Below, piece after piece: positions 53,027 to 62,446 of a stretch of DNA of 64,000 nucleotides. Made by a program: the position numbers and the translations under genes. The notes beneath the pieces are model-generated. The model did no database searches. It was not told the origin of the DNA and saw nothing but the letters and a program-made list of their open reading frames with translations. The DNA is from a virus (taxonomy: Duplodnaviria > Caudoviricetes): positions 17,052-81,051 of IMG/VR virus record IMGVR_UViG_3300028532_000002, one strand, 5' to 3'. Each line of letters begins with the position of its first letter. Position 1 is the first letter of the stretch.

Positions 53027-54358
53027 TCAGAAGCCCATCTCGAAGTCGAATCCCTCGTCGACGTGCATGACCAGGTACCGACTGGCGTCCATGCCGTGGT
53101 CGTTGATCTTCAGCGGCTGCTCCTTCGGGCCGCTCCGGGCGGTGCCGGGGTCCCACACGTACCCGGTGATCTCCTCCAACGTGGAGCAGGGCTTCTTCGC
53201 GGCCTCCAGCTCCATGTCGCGGGAGACCACGGCGTCGCGCAGGAACAGGATCCGCGGCCGGCCGTCGCCGGTGACGCGCATGCGCGCCTGGACGGCCTGG
53301 ATGCCCTCAGACACCTTCTTGTCGGCGCTGGTGGTGATCATGCCGAGCTCGCGTTCCAGGACCGCGCGGCCCTCGGCGTCGTGGTCGACGACGACCGCAC
53401 TGGGGAGGGGTTCGGTCCACTCCCCTCCCGGGCCCTGCATGGCGGCGAGGATGTCGCGCGCGTGCAGGTCGACGGTGCGTTTGGTCCGGTAGATCTCCCG
53501 GTACAGGTACAGGCGCCCGTCGCCGTCCTGGGCCCACCACTGGGCGACGAAAGGGTTGGTGTACCCGAAGTCGACGGCGAGGTAGCGGGTCCAGTCCGCG
53601 GGGATGTCGAAGCGGTCGAGGACGTGGACGGTGTCCTGGAAGTCCTCGTAGATGATGCCTTCGGCGGCGGCCCACACGCCGCGGCGCAGGCGGGCGTGCC
53701 GGACCCCGGTGAGGTTGTCGAGCTTGCCGATGTAGGCGACGCCGCGCTCGGTGAGGGACCCGTCGGCGTTGAAGTAGACGGGGTTGTCCTCGTGGCGGGT
53801 GTTGATCAGCCTCGTGGTGCCCTTGTCGCAGCGCAGCTTCAAGAAGTGGGTGGGCGAGTCCGGGTTGCAGCCCGCCAGCAACTGCTGGAAGGACATGGCG
53901 CCGTGGCGGAGGCGGGTCATGATCGCCTCCCAGTCGTCGACGGTGAGCTCGGTGGCCTCGTCCGCGAACACCACGTCGTACTCCGACGACATGATCTTGG
54001 TGGGTTTGTCCATGCCGCCGACGACGATCGTGGACCCGTTGTCGTACCGGTAGGCGGCGGCCTCCTGCGGGGAGCCGCCGTAGAAGTGCACGGCTCCGGT
54101 CGCGAGGAGTTCGGGGATGACCTGCTCGCGCCAGGTGACCAGCGTCGTCGACCCCAGGGACACCGAGGTCTTGCGGACGATCAGCCCGCGCATGCCCGGG
54201 TTGAGCAGCGCCATGAGGTTGAGCTTCTCCAGGCACACCCGCGACTTGCCGGTGCCGGCCGGGCCACACGCGAGGACCTCGTCGTCGCGCGCCTCCATCA
54301 CCTCCACGGCGTGCCCGCGCGGGGTGTAGGCGTGGACGAGGTCAGCGGAGAGCGTCAA
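53027..54358 (-). CDS. terL: Terminase large subunit (PBSX-like)
   Basis: GPAGTGKS Walker A, VFADEATE Walker B, CNPD, AVDFGYTNP, DHGMDASRY. Confidence 0.95.
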   Translation of the reverse strand: MTLSADLVHAYTPRGHAVEVMEARDDEVLACGPAGTGKSRVCLEKLNLMALLNPGMRGLIVRKTSVSLGSTTLVTWREQVIPELLATGAVHFYGGSPQEAAAYRYDNGSTIVVGGMDKPTKIMSSEYDVVFADEATELTVDDWEAIMTRLRHGAMSFQQLLAGCNPDSPTHFLKLRCDKGTTRLINTRHEDNPVYFNADGSLTERGVAYIGKLDNLTGVRHARLRRGVWAAAEGIIYEDFQDTVHVLDRFDIPADWTRYLAVDFGYTNPFVAQWWAQDGDGRLYLYREIYRTKRTVDLHARDILAAMQGPGGEWTEPLPSAVVVDHDAEGRAVLERELGMITTSADKKVSEGIQAVQARMRVTGDGRPRILFLRDAVVSRDMELEAAKKPCSTLEEITGYVWDPGTARSGPKEQPLKINDHGMDASRYLVMHVDEGFDFEMGF

Positions 54359-54800
54359 GGTCGACCCCGGTCACGTGGTAGGTGGCCACCTTGCCGGAGT
54401 GCTCGGTCTTGGCCGGCGCGTCCAGGCCCAACAGTTTGCGGCGTTCGGCGTCCAGCTGGGAGATGAGCTTGGCCGCGGCGAGCCGGGGGCTGTTGTCGCG
54501 CAGCGGCATACCGTCGGGGCCCTCCACGACCCTGCCGGTGGCGGACACGACGTAGTGGTGGGTGGTCATCACCGCGGAGGCTTCGGCAATGAGGACGTCC
54601 AGGCGCTCCACGACGGTCAGGCGGACGGCGTCGCGTTCCTCCTCGGGGATGGACGCGCGCACGTCGGCGATGATCTGCGAGACGCGGGACTGTCCGATGT
54701 CGTGGTGTTCGGCGATGCGTTCCTGGGTCCATCCGGCCAGGTGCTGCTGCCAGATGAGTCCGTTGCGGCCCTCCAGGCGGCCCGTGGCGTTGTTCGGCAT
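54342..54800 (-). CDS. terS: Terminase small subunit
   Basis: N-terminal HTH WTQERIAEHHDIGQSRVSQI; RRKLLGLDAP. Confidence 0.85.
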   Translation of the reverse strand: MPNNATGRLEGRNGLIWQQHLAGWTQERIAEHHDIGQSRVSQIIADVRASIPEEERDAVRLTVVERLDVLIAEASAVMTTHHYVVSATGRVVEGPDGMPLRDNSPRLAAAKLISQLDAERRKLLGLDAPAKTEHSGKVATYHVTGVDLDALR

Positions 54801-54832
54801 TCCCCCTCCTCAGATGGGCGGATTATCAGTTA

Positions 54833-55537
54833 TTACCGGTCTGAGCGTCGGATGCGGAGCTTGCAGCGGCACCAGGGGTGGGCGGGTGGGAGGCCGGTGA
54901 ACCCGGTCCAGTTGGTGAAGGACTGGTAGGTGCCGTCGGGTCCGGTGGGGGTGGTGCCGTCGAGGTCGTTGCAGACGGGGCAGACGCTGGTGTCCTCCTC
55001 GGACCCCCATTCGGTGGTGCGTCCGAGGGCGCGGGCGGTGTGGTCGAACACCTGGTTGTAGGTGCCGTACAGCCAGGTGGTGATGGTGCGGGTGAGGGTG
55101 CGGGCCAGGCGTGCAAGTTGCTGGGAGGGGGGTGTGGGGTTGATGGGCAGGGTGGTGCCGAGGGCGGCGGCGGTGTCGGTGAGGGCCTGGACGATGTCGG
55201 CGTGGACGTCGTCGAGGGTGGTGGCGATCAGGCGGCGGATGGTGGTCGGGTCGGTGGGGGGCGTGCCGGCAGCTGCCGTGTGGGCGAGGGTGGCGGCTTG
55301 GGTGAGGAGGGTGGTGGTCTGGTCGGTGAGTTCTCGGGTGGCTTCGTGGGTGAGGTGGTCGGCGGCGAGGGCGGTGTCGCGCCCCCAGGTGCCGGGGAGG
55401 GCGAGGGGAACGGGGGGTAGCTGGGTGAGGGCGCCGGCGAGCGCGGCGGTGATGGCCGCGGCGGCTGCGGCTTCGAGGGCGGTGAGCTGTTCCTCGACCT
55501 GCTCGTCGGTGGGTGGTTCCTCTGGTGTGGTGGTCAT
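54833..55537 (-). CDS. MuF-like minor head protein
   Basis: W...EDTSVCPVC..LDG...PPAHPWCRC. Confidence 0.8.
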   Translation of the reverse strand: MTTTPEEPPTDEQVEEQLTALEAAAAAAITAALAGALTQLPPVPLALPGTWGRDTALAADHLTHEATRELTDQTTTLLTQAATLAHTAAAGTPPTDPTTIRRLIATTLDDVHADIVQALTDTAAALGTTLPINPTPPSQQLARLARTLTRTITTWLYGTYNQVFDHTARALGRTTEWGSEEDTSVCPVCNDLDGTTPTGPDGTYQSFTNWTGFTGLPPAHPWCRCKLRIRRSDR

Positions 55538-55606
55538 GTCGTCCCCCGTTTGGTATCACCATTGACGATAGCTGGCGGCTATGGTGGGTGGTGTGGTGGT
55601 GAAGGG

Positions 55607-55639
55607 CGAAGGGCCCGCGCTCGGTGCGCGGGCCCTTCG
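55607..55639 (-). terminator. Hairpin terminator between early and late regions
   Basis: CGAAGGGCCCGCGC-TCGGT-GCGCGGGCCCTTCG. Confidence 0.65.
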
Positions 55640-55655
55640 TCGTGGGTGGGGGTGG

Positions 55656-56948
55656 TCAGGGGCGGTCGTCGTAGCAGCGGGGGCCGCTGATGAACTGCCG
55701 GGTGGGGGTCTTCCCGCAGGTTTCGCCGCGGGCGGCAATGTAGTGGCCGCAGGGCAGGTGCTCCTGGCCGGGCATGGCTTCGGCGATCCACACGGCGATG
55801 TGCGGGGGCAGTGTCCAGGCGGTCTCGGTGGCGGGCGGTTCGGCGGGCGGTTCGGTGGTGGTGGGTGGCCGGTCGCGGGTGGGGACGGGGATCTTCGGGG
55901 CGCCTTGGCCGGGTGCGCGCGGGGTTCGGGCGCCGCCGGTGACGCGGAGGCGGCGTCGGGGCTGGTGGAGGATCGAGTCGTGGTTCTCGTAGCCCTCGGT
56001 GTGCCTGGTGGCGGGTGTGGTGAGGGTGCGCAGGTGCGGGGGTAGGTCGGCTTCGGTGAACGGGCGGCCCTGGGTGTGGGCGTACTCGGCGTGGTGGTCG
56101 GGTGTGGCCCACAGGCGGGCGACGGTGCGCTCGTCGTCGGAGGGGATGGCGATGGGCACGAGGAGACCTCCGGCGGAGTGCTCGATGAACTCCTCCAGAC
56201 GGGTGGGGCGCCGCTCCCAGATGCCGTGCTCTTTGCCGCAGTCCAGGGTGAGGGGGCCGGGGGTGGTGCAGGGCCCGGGGATGTTGCGGCACCACTCCCA
56301 GCGGTAGGTGCTGATGCCGTCGGAAACCCATGCGGCGCGGCCGTGGAGGATCTGTTCGGGGAGCATCTGGTTGGCCATGGACCAGGGGACCTTGTGGATG
56401 AGTTCGCGGGTCTTGGACTTGGCGCTGTAGTCGGTGGTGAGCCAAGAGGGGGTGTGGCCGTCCCGGTAGACGAGGTTGGTGCGTTTGGTGATGGCGCCCT
56501 TGCCGGGCTGGGTGACCTGGATCTGCCAGTTGATCTGGCGGCCGTCGGGTCCGAGCACGGCCACGTCGGCGCGGCCCCTGGTGGAGGAGCCGTAGTCGGC
56601 GGACAGGCCGGCGGTGGAGGCGTTGGTGGCGATGCGGTCCCGCCAGGCCTTGCGCTCGTCGTTGTCGGCGGGGTCGCATGAGCGGTCCTCGGAGGAGTGG
56701 TGGGCGACCTCCCAGAACCCTTCCCGGCCGCGTTGCTGGCGCACGTACATGGACGCCTTGTCGTGGCGCTGGGGGATGGCGCGGCAGCGGGTGCACAGCA
56801 GGTAGCCCTTGGCGTAGGTGCGGCGTTTGCCCGGGGCGGTGTAGAGGAGGGTGCGGAGCTGTTCGGGGGTGAGGCCGAAGTCGTCGAGGTTGGGGTCGAG
56901 CTCCAGGCGGGCCGCGACCCACAGGACGGGGGCGAGTGCATCTGTCAT
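55656..56948 (-). CDS. CoiA-like nuclease-fold protein with C-terminal zinc motif
   Basis: GAGG RBS; CTRC...H N-terminal, RADV...WQIQ PD-(D/E)xK-like core, CGH...TCG...RC. Confidence 0.6.
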   Translation of the reverse strand: MTDALAPVLWVAARLELDPNLDDFGLTPEQLRTLLYTAPGKRRTYAKGYLLCTRCRAIPQRHDKASMYVRQQRGREGFWEVAHHSSEDRSCDPADNDERKAWRDRIATNASTAGLSADYGSSTRGRADVAVLGPDGRQINWQIQVTQPGKGAITKRTNLVYRDGHTPSWLTTDYSAKSKTRELIHKVPWSMANQMLPEQILHGRAAWVSDGISTYRWEWCRNIPGPCTTPGPLTLDCGKEHGIWERRPTRLEEFIEHSAGGLLVPIAIPSDDERTVARLWATPDHHAEYAHTQGRPFTEADLPPHLRTLTTPATRHTEGYENHDSILHQPRRRLRVTGGARTPRAPGQGAPKIPVPTRDRPPTTTEPPAEPPATETAWTLPPHIAVWIAEAMPGQEHLPCGHYIAARGETCGKTPTRQFISGPRCYDDRP

Positions 56949-57021
56949 GGTCACCTCGCAGGGAAGGGGCGTGCGTTGATGCTTGCAGCCGGTACTGCCA
57001 AAACGGGGCGGATGCCGTGGA

Positions 57022-57657
57022 TCAGGCGTAGGGGCCGAGTGCTTCGCTGGTGAGGCAGGGCCAGGGCAGGGGGTTGCCGTCGGCGTCGGCGCAGTGGGCG
57101 CACGTGGCGGGGAGGAGGCCCGTCGCGGTGCAGAGCACGTCGCCGCGGTCGTCGCGCGGGTGCATGTCGGCGCTGGAGTCGGTGTCGTGGCCGCAGTTGA
57201 TGCAGGTGTGGTCGGAGCCATTGGGGTCAGGGAGGGCCCACGGGTAGGTCTGGTGGGGTGCGTGGAGGCGTCGCACCCTGGCGATCGCGGCTCTGAGCGT
57301 TCTGGACTGTGCGCGCGCCTTGCGGGTCTTGTCGCGCTGGTCGGCGAGTTTGCCTTCGAGGTCGTGGACGCGGGCGTTGGCGTGCTCGACGGAAAGGGTG
57401 AGGGCCTTGTGGACGGAGGGGGCCATGGCCCGGTTCTCGGCGCGTTCGGTGAGGCGGATGCTGCGCTGGATGCCGGGGGTGCGGTCGAGGTACCCGTCGT
57501 CGGTGAGGATCTTGACGTGGCGGCTGACCGTGGCGGGGCTGGAGAGCCCGGAGCGGTCGGCGATCTCGCGGAGGGTGGGTGCGTGGCCCTGTTCCGCGGT
57601 GAGGGCGCGGATGGCCGCGAGGATGGTTCCCTGGGTGGCGGTGAGGGTGGTGCGCAC
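57022..57657 (-). CDS. LexA-type DNA-binding domain fused to phage zinc module (no peptidase)
   Basis: LTATQGTILAAI...GHAPTLREIA..GLSSPATVSRHV..L...GYL.R.PG..RSI. Confidence 0.85.
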   Translation of the reverse strand: MRTTLTATQGTILAAIRALTAEQGHAPTLREIADRSGLSSPATVSRHVKILTDDGYLDRTPGIQRSIRLTERAENRAMAPSVHKALTLSVEHANARVHDLEGKLADQRDKTRKARAQSRTLRAAIARVRRLHAPHQTYPWALPDPNGSDHTCINCGHDTDSSADMHPRDDRGDVLCTATGLLPATCAHCADADGNPLPWPCLTSEALGPYA

Positions 57658-57739
57658 GGGGGCCTCCTGGTGTTGTTACTGGTGAGACGCACTGGGAGGG
57701 TGGGGGGTTGCGCGGGCGGGAGCGGGCCGCCCGCAGTGA

Positions 57740-58372
57740 CTACTCCCCCGCGAGTTCGCGGGCGCGGGCGAGGGCGAGGAGTACGTCCGTGTGGCGTTCG
57801 GTCGGCCCCCACGAGCGCACGAACCATTCGGGCCCGCCGTCGTGCGGCTGTTCCCGGGTGACGCGGACGAAGGTGTCCATGGCCCCGAACTCGAATGCGG
57901 TCGCGTGGCCGAGGTAGGTCCGTAGCTTCCGGTTCTCCTCCTCCAGGTCCGCGGTGTGGCGGGCTTGGGCTTCGGTGTGGGCTCGACGCTCGGCCTGGTC
58001 GGTTTCCCATACGGCGATGATCTGCTCCGGGTCGCCGCTGTGGGCCTCGACCTCGGTGCGCGGGTCGAAGCCGCCGTCGGGGGTGTCCACCCGGTTCGCG
58101 AGGACGTCCATGATCGCGGCGGCGCGGTGTTGGTCGGGGGTGCCGCCGAGGGCCCCGTTCCACTTCCCGCACGAGCAGGAGCGGTGTCCGGCGAGGTCGA
58201 TGTCGTCGGGGTCGGTCTCGTGGTCGGCGAGCACGGCGGTGATGCGGTCGCGGAGGGGGGTTTGTGCTTGCACGGTGGGGCAGGGCCAGTGCCGGTAGTC
58301 GGCGGCGCAGATCAGCGCTCCGGGCCGGGTGCAGCCGCAGGGGCACTGGTGGGTGGGCCGGTGGTCAGACAT
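57740..58372 (-). CDS. Mosaic hypothetical protein
   Basis: GGAG RBS; multiple Cys motifs, coiled coil. Confidence 0.65.
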   Translation of the reverse strand: MSDHRPTHQCPCGCTRPGALICAADYRHWPCPTVQAQTPLRDRITAVLADHETDPDDIDLAGHRSCSCGKWNGALGGTPDQHRAAAIMDVLANRVDTPDGGFDPRTEVEAHSGDPEQIIAVWETDQAERRAHTEAQARHTADLEEENRKLRTYLGHATAFEFGAMDTFVRVTREQPHDGGPEWFVRSWGPTERHTDVLLALARARELAGE

Positions 58373-59612
58373 GGGTGTCTCCGTCCAAGGCGATCTTGGT
58401 GGCGCACGGCCAAGGGGCCTCTTCCTCCTGGATGATGCAGTGGGTGCAGGTGCGGCGTGGGCGGACCCGGCAGCGCAGGGTGCCGTACCCGTCGGCGAAG
58501 TGGTTCTCGGTGAGGGTGCCGGCCGCGTCGCGGAGCGGGGCGTCGCAGTGGTCGCATTCCAGGTGGTACGGGTAAGGGGCCTCGGCCTGGTGGTAGTGGG
58601 TTTCGCAGGCGTGGAGGGCGCGGACGGCGGCGGCCTGCGCCTCCAGGGCGGCGAGGTCCTCGCGCTCGACGTACAGCTCGGTGAAGCGGGCCGCGGCGCG
58701 GGCGCCGGCCGGGGTGACGGACGGGTAGTAGTCGGCGACCCCGTCTTCGCCGACGTCCGGCACGAGCCCGGCGATGATGCGGGCGGGGATGCGGGTGCCG
58801 CCGATGCAGGCCTGGCCGCCCGCGGCTTCGGGGCGGATGGTGACGGACCCGGCGAGGCGCTTCTCCAGCTCCACGATGCGGGCCCCGCGTTCGGCCTTGA
58901 TGCCGTCCAGGCGAGCCATGGACTCGCGATGCACGCGGACTGACTCCTCCAGCTCGGCGATGCGGTCGCGGAGCTTGTCGGCTTCGTGCTCCATGTGGGA
59001 GAAGTCCGAGGCATCCGGGCCGTCGTCGGCGCCCAGGAGGGCGAGGGCGTGGGCGATCCACGCCGCGCCCATGTGGCCGAGGGTCGGGCCGGGGAGCGGG
59101 TGGCCGCAGGTGCACGCGCAGGTGCTGGTGGTGTGGTCCAGGCGGGGCCGGTGCGGGGTGTCGCCCTCCCACAGGTGGACGTGGTCGGGGCACAGCAGCA
59201 GGTGCGGGGAGGAGGTCCGGAGCCAGTGGCGGTCGGCGGTGGCCTGTTCGGGGGCGGGGCCGTCGGCGGCGTCGTAGAAGGCGAGGCACCCGGGGATGGC
59301 GCAGCGGCGGGCGAGGGTGCCGTACCGTTCGACCTCGAGTTCGGAGATGCGGATGTCTCGGGCGGCCAGGACCGGGGCGAACTCGGTCATCGCGGCATCG
59401 GCGTTGGCGGAGGCGCTCCTCTCGACCAGGGTCCGGGTTCCGCGTTCGAGGTGGCGGCCGTCGGCCTCGGAGAGGACGCGGGCCACGAGTGCTGCGGCGA
59501 CTCGGTCGCGGAGGCCGGCGTCGTCGACGGTCTGGGGGCGGGGAGGCGTGGGGGTGGCGTCCAGGTCCTGTTGCATCTCGGTGTAGAGGCGGTTCAGTGC
59601 GCTCATGCCCAT
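58365..59612 (-). CDS. Mosaic protein containing a DUF433-like domain
   Basis: GGQACIGGTRIPARII...YYPSVT; zinc motifs; AAGGA RBS. Confidence 0.7.
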   Translation of the reverse strand: MGMSALNRLYTEMQQDLDATPTPPRPQTVDDAGLRDRVAAALVARVLSEADGRHLERGTRTLVERSASANADAAMTEFAPVLAARDIRISELEVERYGTLARRCAIPGCLAFYDAADGPAPEQATADRHWLRTSSPHLLLCPDHVHLWEGDTPHRPRLDHTTSTCACTCGHPLPGPTLGHMGAAWIAHALALLGADDGPDASDFSHMEHEADKLRDRIAELEESVRVHRESMARLDGIKAERGARIVELEKRLAGSVTIRPEAAGGQACIGGTRIPARIIAGLVPDVGEDGVADYYPSVTPAGARAAARFTELYVEREDLAALEAQAAAVRALHACETHYHQAEAPYPYHLECDHCDAPLRDAAGTLTENHFADGYGTLRCRVRPRRTCTHCIIQEEEAPWPCATKIALDGDTHV

Positions 59613-59664
59613 CGGTTTCCTTTCGGTTCGGGCCCGGGGCCGGGTGGTCCGGCCCCGGGGCGGG

Positions 59665-59922
59665 TCAGGCTTCGTCGGCGGAGGCGAGCACGCCGTTGGT
59701 GTGCCAGCGGCGCCCGTACTCGTCCTCGTGCAGGCCGGGGTGTTCCTCGGTACGGCGGCACTGGGCGAAGATCGGGAGGCCGCGGCGGCCGTGGTGGAGG
59801 GTGCTGATCGTGTGGTCGCACGGGGCGGTCCCGGCGCGGTCGGTCTTCATCTGGTGGAGGCGGGTGGACGCGAGGGCGTGGGTGACGCTCTTCATGGCGT
59901 GGGTGACCGGGTCGGCGCCCAT
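59665..59922 (-). CDS. Small Cys/His protein
   Basis: ATG 59922; C...CRRTEEHPGLH...W. Confidence 0.6.
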   Translation of the reverse strand: MGADPVTHAMKSVTHALASTRLHQMKTDRAGTAPCDHTISTLHHGRRGLPIFAQCRRTEEHPGLHEDEYGRRWHTNGVLASADEA

Positions 59923-60156
59923 CAGGCGATTCCCTTCGGCTCGTGCGGGTCCGGGGACGGGCCCGGCCTGTCCGCTCCACACCAGGACCAGCCGTGGACG
60001 TCGACCCAGTGGCGCTGGCGGGGGTGTTCGGCGTCGTGCCAGATGGTGCCGGTCGCACCTCCAGCACTGGTCGCGGCGGCCGGTGGCGCTGACGGCGTCG
60101 GCGTGGTCCCGCATCGTCTGCCGTGCCTGTGCGTCCCGGCTGGGCGGGCGGGTCAT
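59922..60156 (-). pseudogene. Possible frameshifted small gene
   Basis: Frame from ATG 60156 loses GC3 bias near 60060; the shifted frame (GATGTIWHDAEHPRQRHW...) ends in TGA overlapping the next ATG. Confidence 0.35.
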
Positions 60157-60377
60157 CGGGCCCGCCCGGTGCGCTTCCACGGCTCCAACAGCTCGACGAC
60201 CTTCTCCAGGGCGGCGCGGATCTCCGGGGTGTCGGGGTCGATCCGGTCGTCGCTGTAGTAGGTGCCGCGGTACTCGTCGAGGTGGTCGAGGCGGTCCAGG
60301 GCGGATTTGGCGCGCTTGTGCACGGTGCGGACCTCGGTCAGCGCGTCGCTGGTGTCGCGGCCACGGTCAGCGCTCAT
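60153..60377 (-). CDS. Small hypothetical protein
   Basis: ATGA overlaps. Confidence 0.65.
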   Translation of the reverse strand: MSADRGRDTSDALTEVRTVHKRAKSALDRLDHLDEYRGTYYSDDRIDPDTPEIRAALEKVVELLEPWKRTGRAR

Positions 60378-60736
60378 CGGGTGGGCTCCTCGCTCGGGAT
60401 GAGGTGGGCGGGGTGGGTGCGGGGCGGCCCGTGCAGGACCTCCACGGACCGCAGGCGCAGGGTGTCGGGGTCGGTCTGGCGCTCGTAAATGCGCAGGACG
60501 TCACACGCGGGACAGCGATGGGCGTGCCACCGGTACAGCTCCACCTGGCGGCCCCGGTGGGTCGTGAGGGCGAAGCCGCGGTTGATGCAGCCGGGGCCGG
60601 GGTCGGCGCAGGTGTCGCACCCGGGGTCGACGTGGGACAGGATCTGCTCGGCCGCCCACGGGTTCCACCGGGCGACGGGGACGCCCCCGATCTCGTCGGG
60701 GAGCGCCGGGATGGAGCGGAGCTCGCGGTCGCTCAC
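60374..60736 (-). CDS. Zinc-finger hypothetical protein
   Basis: CDTC...C...HRCPAC. Confidence 0.65.
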   Translation of the reverse strand: MSDRELRSIPALPDEIGGVPVARWNPWAAEQILSHVDPGCDTCADPGPGCINRGFALTTHRGRQVELYRWHAHRCPACDVLRIYERQTDPDTLRLRSVEVLHGPPRTHPAHLIPSEEPTR

Positions 60737-61344
60737 TGGTCGTCTCCGGGGGTGTTGGCGGCGAGCAGAAGGACGTCTGCGTGGCAGGGTTCCGTGGTTT
60801 TGCACCAGCACATGAGGTTGCGGCCGGCCAGCTGTGGGAGCGCGTTGCGGAGCTCCCAGTGCTCCACGGCCATGCTGGCCGGGCGCGCCTGGGGGTTGGG
60901 GGTCGTGATCCACGACTGGAACCAGGAGACCGCGCTCTGGGCGTCAGCGATCTCCAGTCGCACGCCGGTGTAGTCCCACCCCGGAACCAGCGGCTCGGGT
61001 TGGGTATCGCAGTCGGGGGTCCAGGCGTAGGTCTCGCCGACCGTGTAGGGGTTCCCGAATTTGGTGCCGCGGCCGACGTACCGGGCGCCGGTCGGGGACC
61101 GCCACCCCTTGTCGCGGCGGCGCTGGATGCGGGTGGGGATGGGGCCGCCGCGATCGAGGGGGTGGACGTGGCCCAGGACGATGCCGCCGCTGTAGTCCTC
61201 AACGAGCACCATGGGTTCGCCGTGGCCGAGGGGCCACGCGGCGCTGCGGGTGACGGTGATGAGGGGCTCGTCGGTGAGCGTACCGGGGTAGGCGGCGACC
61301 TTCGTGCCTTCGGGGTAGAGGGCGTTCCACAGGGCAGCGGTCAT
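60733..61344 (-). CDS. DUF4326 domain protein
   Basis: RIQRRR.KGWR...YVGRGTKFGNPY...LAGRNLMCWC...CHADVLL. Confidence 0.85.
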   Translation of the reverse strand: MTAALWNALYPEGTKVAAYPGTLTDEPLITVTRSAAWPLGHGEPMVLVEDYSGGIVLGHVHPLDRGGPIPTRIQRRRDKGWRSPTGARYVGRGTKFGNPYTVGETYAWTPDCDTQPEPLVPGWDYTGVRLEIADAQSAVSWFQSWITTPNPQARPASMAVEHWELRNALPQLAGRNLMCWCKTTEPCHADVLLLAANTPGDDQ

Positions 61345-61619
61345 CGGTCGTTCTCCTGGTCGGTGAGGTAGCGGTGGGCGAGCCCGGCGATGCAGGCGGC
61401 GCGGATGCGGCGGACGGTGCCGAGCAGGTAGCGGATGCCGCGGCGGTCCAGAGGGATGGTCGTGGTGATGCCGGTGATGCCGCGTGCGTCGCCGGGCTGG
61501 TCCCAGGCGGGGCCAGTGAGGCGGATGCGGATTTCCAGGTGGGGGGCGTGCCTGGTGCCGGTGGCGCGGCGCAGGTCCCGCCGGGCCGCGCGGTAGGCGG
61601 CCCGGCGGCGGGTGTTCAC
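61341..61619 (-). CDS. Basic hypothetical protein
   Basis: GTG in overlap with upstream stop. Confidence 0.55.
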   Translation of the reverse strand: MNTRRRAAYRAARRDLRRATGTRHAPHLEIRIRLTGPAWDQPGDARGITGITTTIPLDRRGIRYLLGTVRRIRAACIAGLAHRYLTDQENDR

Positions 61620-61858
61620 AGCGACTCCCCCACGGGGGCGGTGAGCCAGGACGACCACTGAGTCGTCCTGGTCTCGGGGTTGTCGGGTCCGAGGCGACGA
61701 GAGATGTCCTCGCCGGTGGTGACGACGTACTCGTAGGTGCCGTCGTGGTAGGGGCCCTTGATCTCGCGAACCGTCCCGGTGGCGAGGTTCTCTCGTCGGG
61801 CCCACTCCTGGCGTGCGTGGTAGACGCGGGTGCCGACGGGCAGCGGCTGTGCGGTCAT
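61616..61858 (-). CDS. Small hypothetical protein
   Basis: ATGA overlap; LPVGTRVYH. Confidence 0.6.
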   Translation of the reverse strand: MTAQPLPVGTRVYHARQEWARRENLATGTVREIKGPYHDGTYEYVVTTGEDISRRLGPDNPETRTTQWSSWLTAPVGESL

Positions 61859-62043
61859 CGGGAGGCTCCGATCGGAGTCTGGGCGCGGAGGGCGCCGGCG
61901 GCGGTGAGGGTGTACAGGCGGCGGGCGACGCGGGTGGGGTCGGGCTGGGGTTCGTGTTCGCTGTGGATCAGGCCGGCGTCCTCCAGGCGGGTGAGGGCGG
62001 GGTGGAGGCGGCCGAAGTCGATGCGGCAGAACGGGCAGGACAC
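61855..62043 (-). CDS. Truncated PadR-like winged-helix protein
   Basis: GRLHPALTRLEDAGLIHS...RRLYTLTAAG. Confidence 0.7.
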   Translation of the reverse strand: MSCPFCRIDFGRLHPALTRLEDAGLIHSEHEPQPDPTRVARRLYTLTAAGALRAQTPIGASR

Positions 62044-62115
62044 GAAGGTCTCCTCTCGGGCCCGCCCCGGCGGTCGGCCGGGGCGGGCGGGGGTGGCCGG
62101 TTCGGGTGGTGGTTC

Positions 62116-62436
62116 TCAGTCGAGCGATACGGCGTCGTCGTAGCCGGACCAGTTGTCGACGCCCGCGGCCTCCAGGGCGAGCAGAGTGTCGAAGGCCTTT
62201 TCCAGGGAGGCGAGGCGGGCCGCGTCGATCACGACGTGCCCGGTGTCCCCAGGGGCGTCGAGGACGGCACGGGCCAGCTCGACGGCGTCGTCTCCCTGCG
62301 GGACGTACACGGTCGCGCGGCGCGTCTGGCCGTTGAAGGTCTCCCGGGCCTGGATGCACATGTGCCCGCTCAGGACGCCGACTTCGAGCACGTCGTTGTG
62401 GCGGTCGGTGTAGGTGTATGGGAACTCGGTGCTCAC
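62116..62436 (-). CDS. Hypothetical protein
   Basis: GAGGAG RBS; C-terminal LEAAGVDNWSGY motif. Confidence 0.7.
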   Translation of the reverse strand: MSTEFPYTYTDRHNDVLEVGVLSGHMCIQARETFNGQTRRATVYVPQGDDAVELARAVLDAPGDTGHVVIDAARLASLEKAFDTLLALEAAGVDNWSGYDDAVSLD

Positions 62437-62446
62437 GGTGTTCTCC

